Part shown: in pieces, positions 30,956 through 32,000 of the stretch
How positions within the stretch are numbered: position 1 is the first letter of the stretch
How the letters are laid out: each line of letters opens with the position of its first letter
Made by a program: the position numbers and the translations under genes
Assembly (NCBI GenBank): GCA_965250005.1
Contig: OZ252279.1
Span: forward strand, 1,020,001-1,052,000
DNA from: Demequinaceae bacterium
Lineage (GTDB): Bacteria > Actinomycetota > Actinomycetes > Actinomycetales > Demequinaceae
Direction of reading: 5' to 3'
Length of the DNA stretch: 32,000 bases
The notes under the pieces: generated by a model
What the model was told of the DNA's origin: nothing
What the model saw: the letters and a program-made list of their open reading frames with translations, nothing else
Databases searched by the model: none

Positions 30956-32000
30956 CTAGGAGCCTCGCGCAACCAAAGCGAGAATCTCAGCCTCGTCTAG
31001 GAGCCGCTCGGGAACGACGGTCTCTCCACTCGCAGCGTAGAAGAATGCCGCGTCGACATCCTCAACCTCAAGTCCGCGCCACTTTGACCATGCCAGTCTG
31101 TACGCCGCAAGTTGGACCTCGCGCGAAGCGAGCTCTGCAGGGTCGGACGGCGCGCGGCCCGACTTCCAGTCGACAACTGTCTCGCGATCGAGGCCACCGC
31201 CCGCTGGGAAAACCGCGTCGATTCGCGACCGGACTGTCACTGGCCCCACCGGCACTTCCACGTCCACCTCTACGTGCGTGGGCGTCCGAGCCGCCCACGG
31301 CGACGCCAAGAATGTTTCCTGTAGTTCAGTTAGATCGAGGCCGTCGTCACCCGTGGGGCCGAAGTCTTCCTCTGCAAGCAGGGAACTATGGCCGAAGTGC
31401 GCCTCGATCCACGCGTGGAACGCACTACCGCGCTGGGCCGCAACGGTTGGCTCGACCGGGATCGGGCGCCGCAGACTCAGGGCGAACGCATCGCTATCGC
31501 GCGCGATCGCCACGAGCGCGGTAGATGACAGGTGCGCGGGCATCTCCACTTCGTTGACGCGCTCCGCCCGCCTCGCCTGTTCGCGCAGGATCGCCTCGAT
31601 CTCCATTTGTAGCGGGAGACCTGTGTCTCGAGGTCCTGCCGCAATTGCATCGCGCACCTCTTGCGCGAGTTCCCGGCGCGATCGCTGCGTATCCGTAAGC
31701 GCGGGCGGCCACGACACGGCCGCCTGTGCTTGAGGCTCGCGGCGATCGTCGTTTGCGGGTTGCGCGGCCCAGGCTTCACGGTTGACGAGCCCGCTCTCTA
31801 GAAGCTCGGCGACGTAAGGCGATTCCCGGCGAGGCTGCAGTCCGTCACCCCACCACGCCCCACTGAGGATCACGTGGCTGCGCGCCCGCGTGATCGCCAC
31901 GTAGAAGAGGCGTCTTTCCTCCGCGACCCGGTAAGTGCCTGCCTCCCGGCGGAAGTCCTCCAGAATGGCGCGATAGTCCGCGAATGTTCCTGCCTCCTCC
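30956..32000 (-). CDS. UvrD-like helicase fused to a RecB-type PD-(D/E)XK nuclease (AdnB-like). C-terminal part only; the 5' end lies beyond the right window edge.
   Basis: The frame stays open to position 32000. My translation of 31999-31880 gives ...EERRLFYVAITRARSHVILSG (helicase motif VI). The C-terminal nuclease motifs are GSAFHAWIE, RIDAVF, VVDWKSG and QLAAYRLAW. The position next to nudC/uvrD2 matches Rv3201c. Confidence 0.85.
   Translation of the reverse strand, partial: EEAGTFADYRAILEDFRREAGTYRVAEERRLFYVAITRARSHVILSGAWWGDGLQPRRESPYVAELLESGLVNREAWAAQPANDDRREPQAQAAVSWPPALTDTQRSRRELAQEVRDAIAAGPRDTGLPLQMEIEAILREQARRAERVNEVEMPAHLSSTALVAIARDSDAFALSLRRPIPVEPTVAAQRGSAFHAWIEAHFGHSSLLAEEDFGPTGDDGLDLTELQETFLASPWAARTPTHVEVDVEVPVGPVTVRSRIDAVFPAGGGLDRETVVDWKSGRAPSDPAELASREVQLAAYRLAWSKWRGLEVEDVDAAFFYAASGETVVPERLLDEAEILALVARGS

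Noticed and set aside
1-32000. Window-wide look for CRISPR arrays, IS elements, rRNA, toxin-antitoxin pairs and known defence-system signatures
   Set aside because: I saw no regularly spaced direct repeats, no transposase or integrase motifs and no rRNA-like sequence. The helicase and nuclease genes present (uvrD2, AdnB-like) sit in their conserved housekeeping context rather than in a defence island.

Overview
High-GC (about 64-65%) chromosomal sequence with the gene content and order of an Actinomycetota core region. I found no rRNA, CRISPR array, transposase, integrase or prophage signal.

Gene blocks, left to right:
- Cell-envelope glycopolymer block: a partial GT2 glycosyltransferase, two tandem LCP (LytR-CpsA-Psr) paralogs, purE-purK, a GtrA-family protein, an OmpR/HisKA two-component pair, and a 722-aa polytopic GT-C-like membrane protein.
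- A 1034-1046-aa FHA-fused, multi-domain FtsK/SpoIIIE (EssC/EccC-like) ATPase, followed by a small 4-TM protein.
- whiB1 and a pdtaS-like kinase.
- A translationally coupled DUF2505-crcB-crcB operon.
- A lone ABC ATPase with a long C-terminal extension.
- DUF427, initiator tRNA-Met and DUF4328.
- UPF0182 plus a PDZ/Lon-S16 protease, divergent from a zincin-like (DUF2342) protein.
- A 52-aa zinc-ribbon protein and a degenerate E1/ThiF-like protein.
- uvrD2, nudC, an APH-fold protein lacking catalytic residues, and the C-terminal part of an AdnB-like helicase-nuclease.

From memory, the order parallels M. tuberculosis Rv3265c-Rv3277, Rv3219-Rv3220c and Rv3193c-Rv3202c.

The most unusual element is the orphan FHA-EssC/EccC-like motor, which has no type VII secretion partners within the window. 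Secondary points:
- a gene-conversion-like tract and a shared C-terminal LLxxCTA tail in the LCP pair;
- duplicated CRP-like TGTGA boxes upstream of whiB1;
- three apparently inactivated enzyme folds: an APH-fold pseudokinase, a zincin whose HExxH reads RECAH, and an E1-like protein with a degenerate GxGxxG;
- an ABC ATPase with no permease.

All functional calls come from motif recognition by eye. No database search was run.
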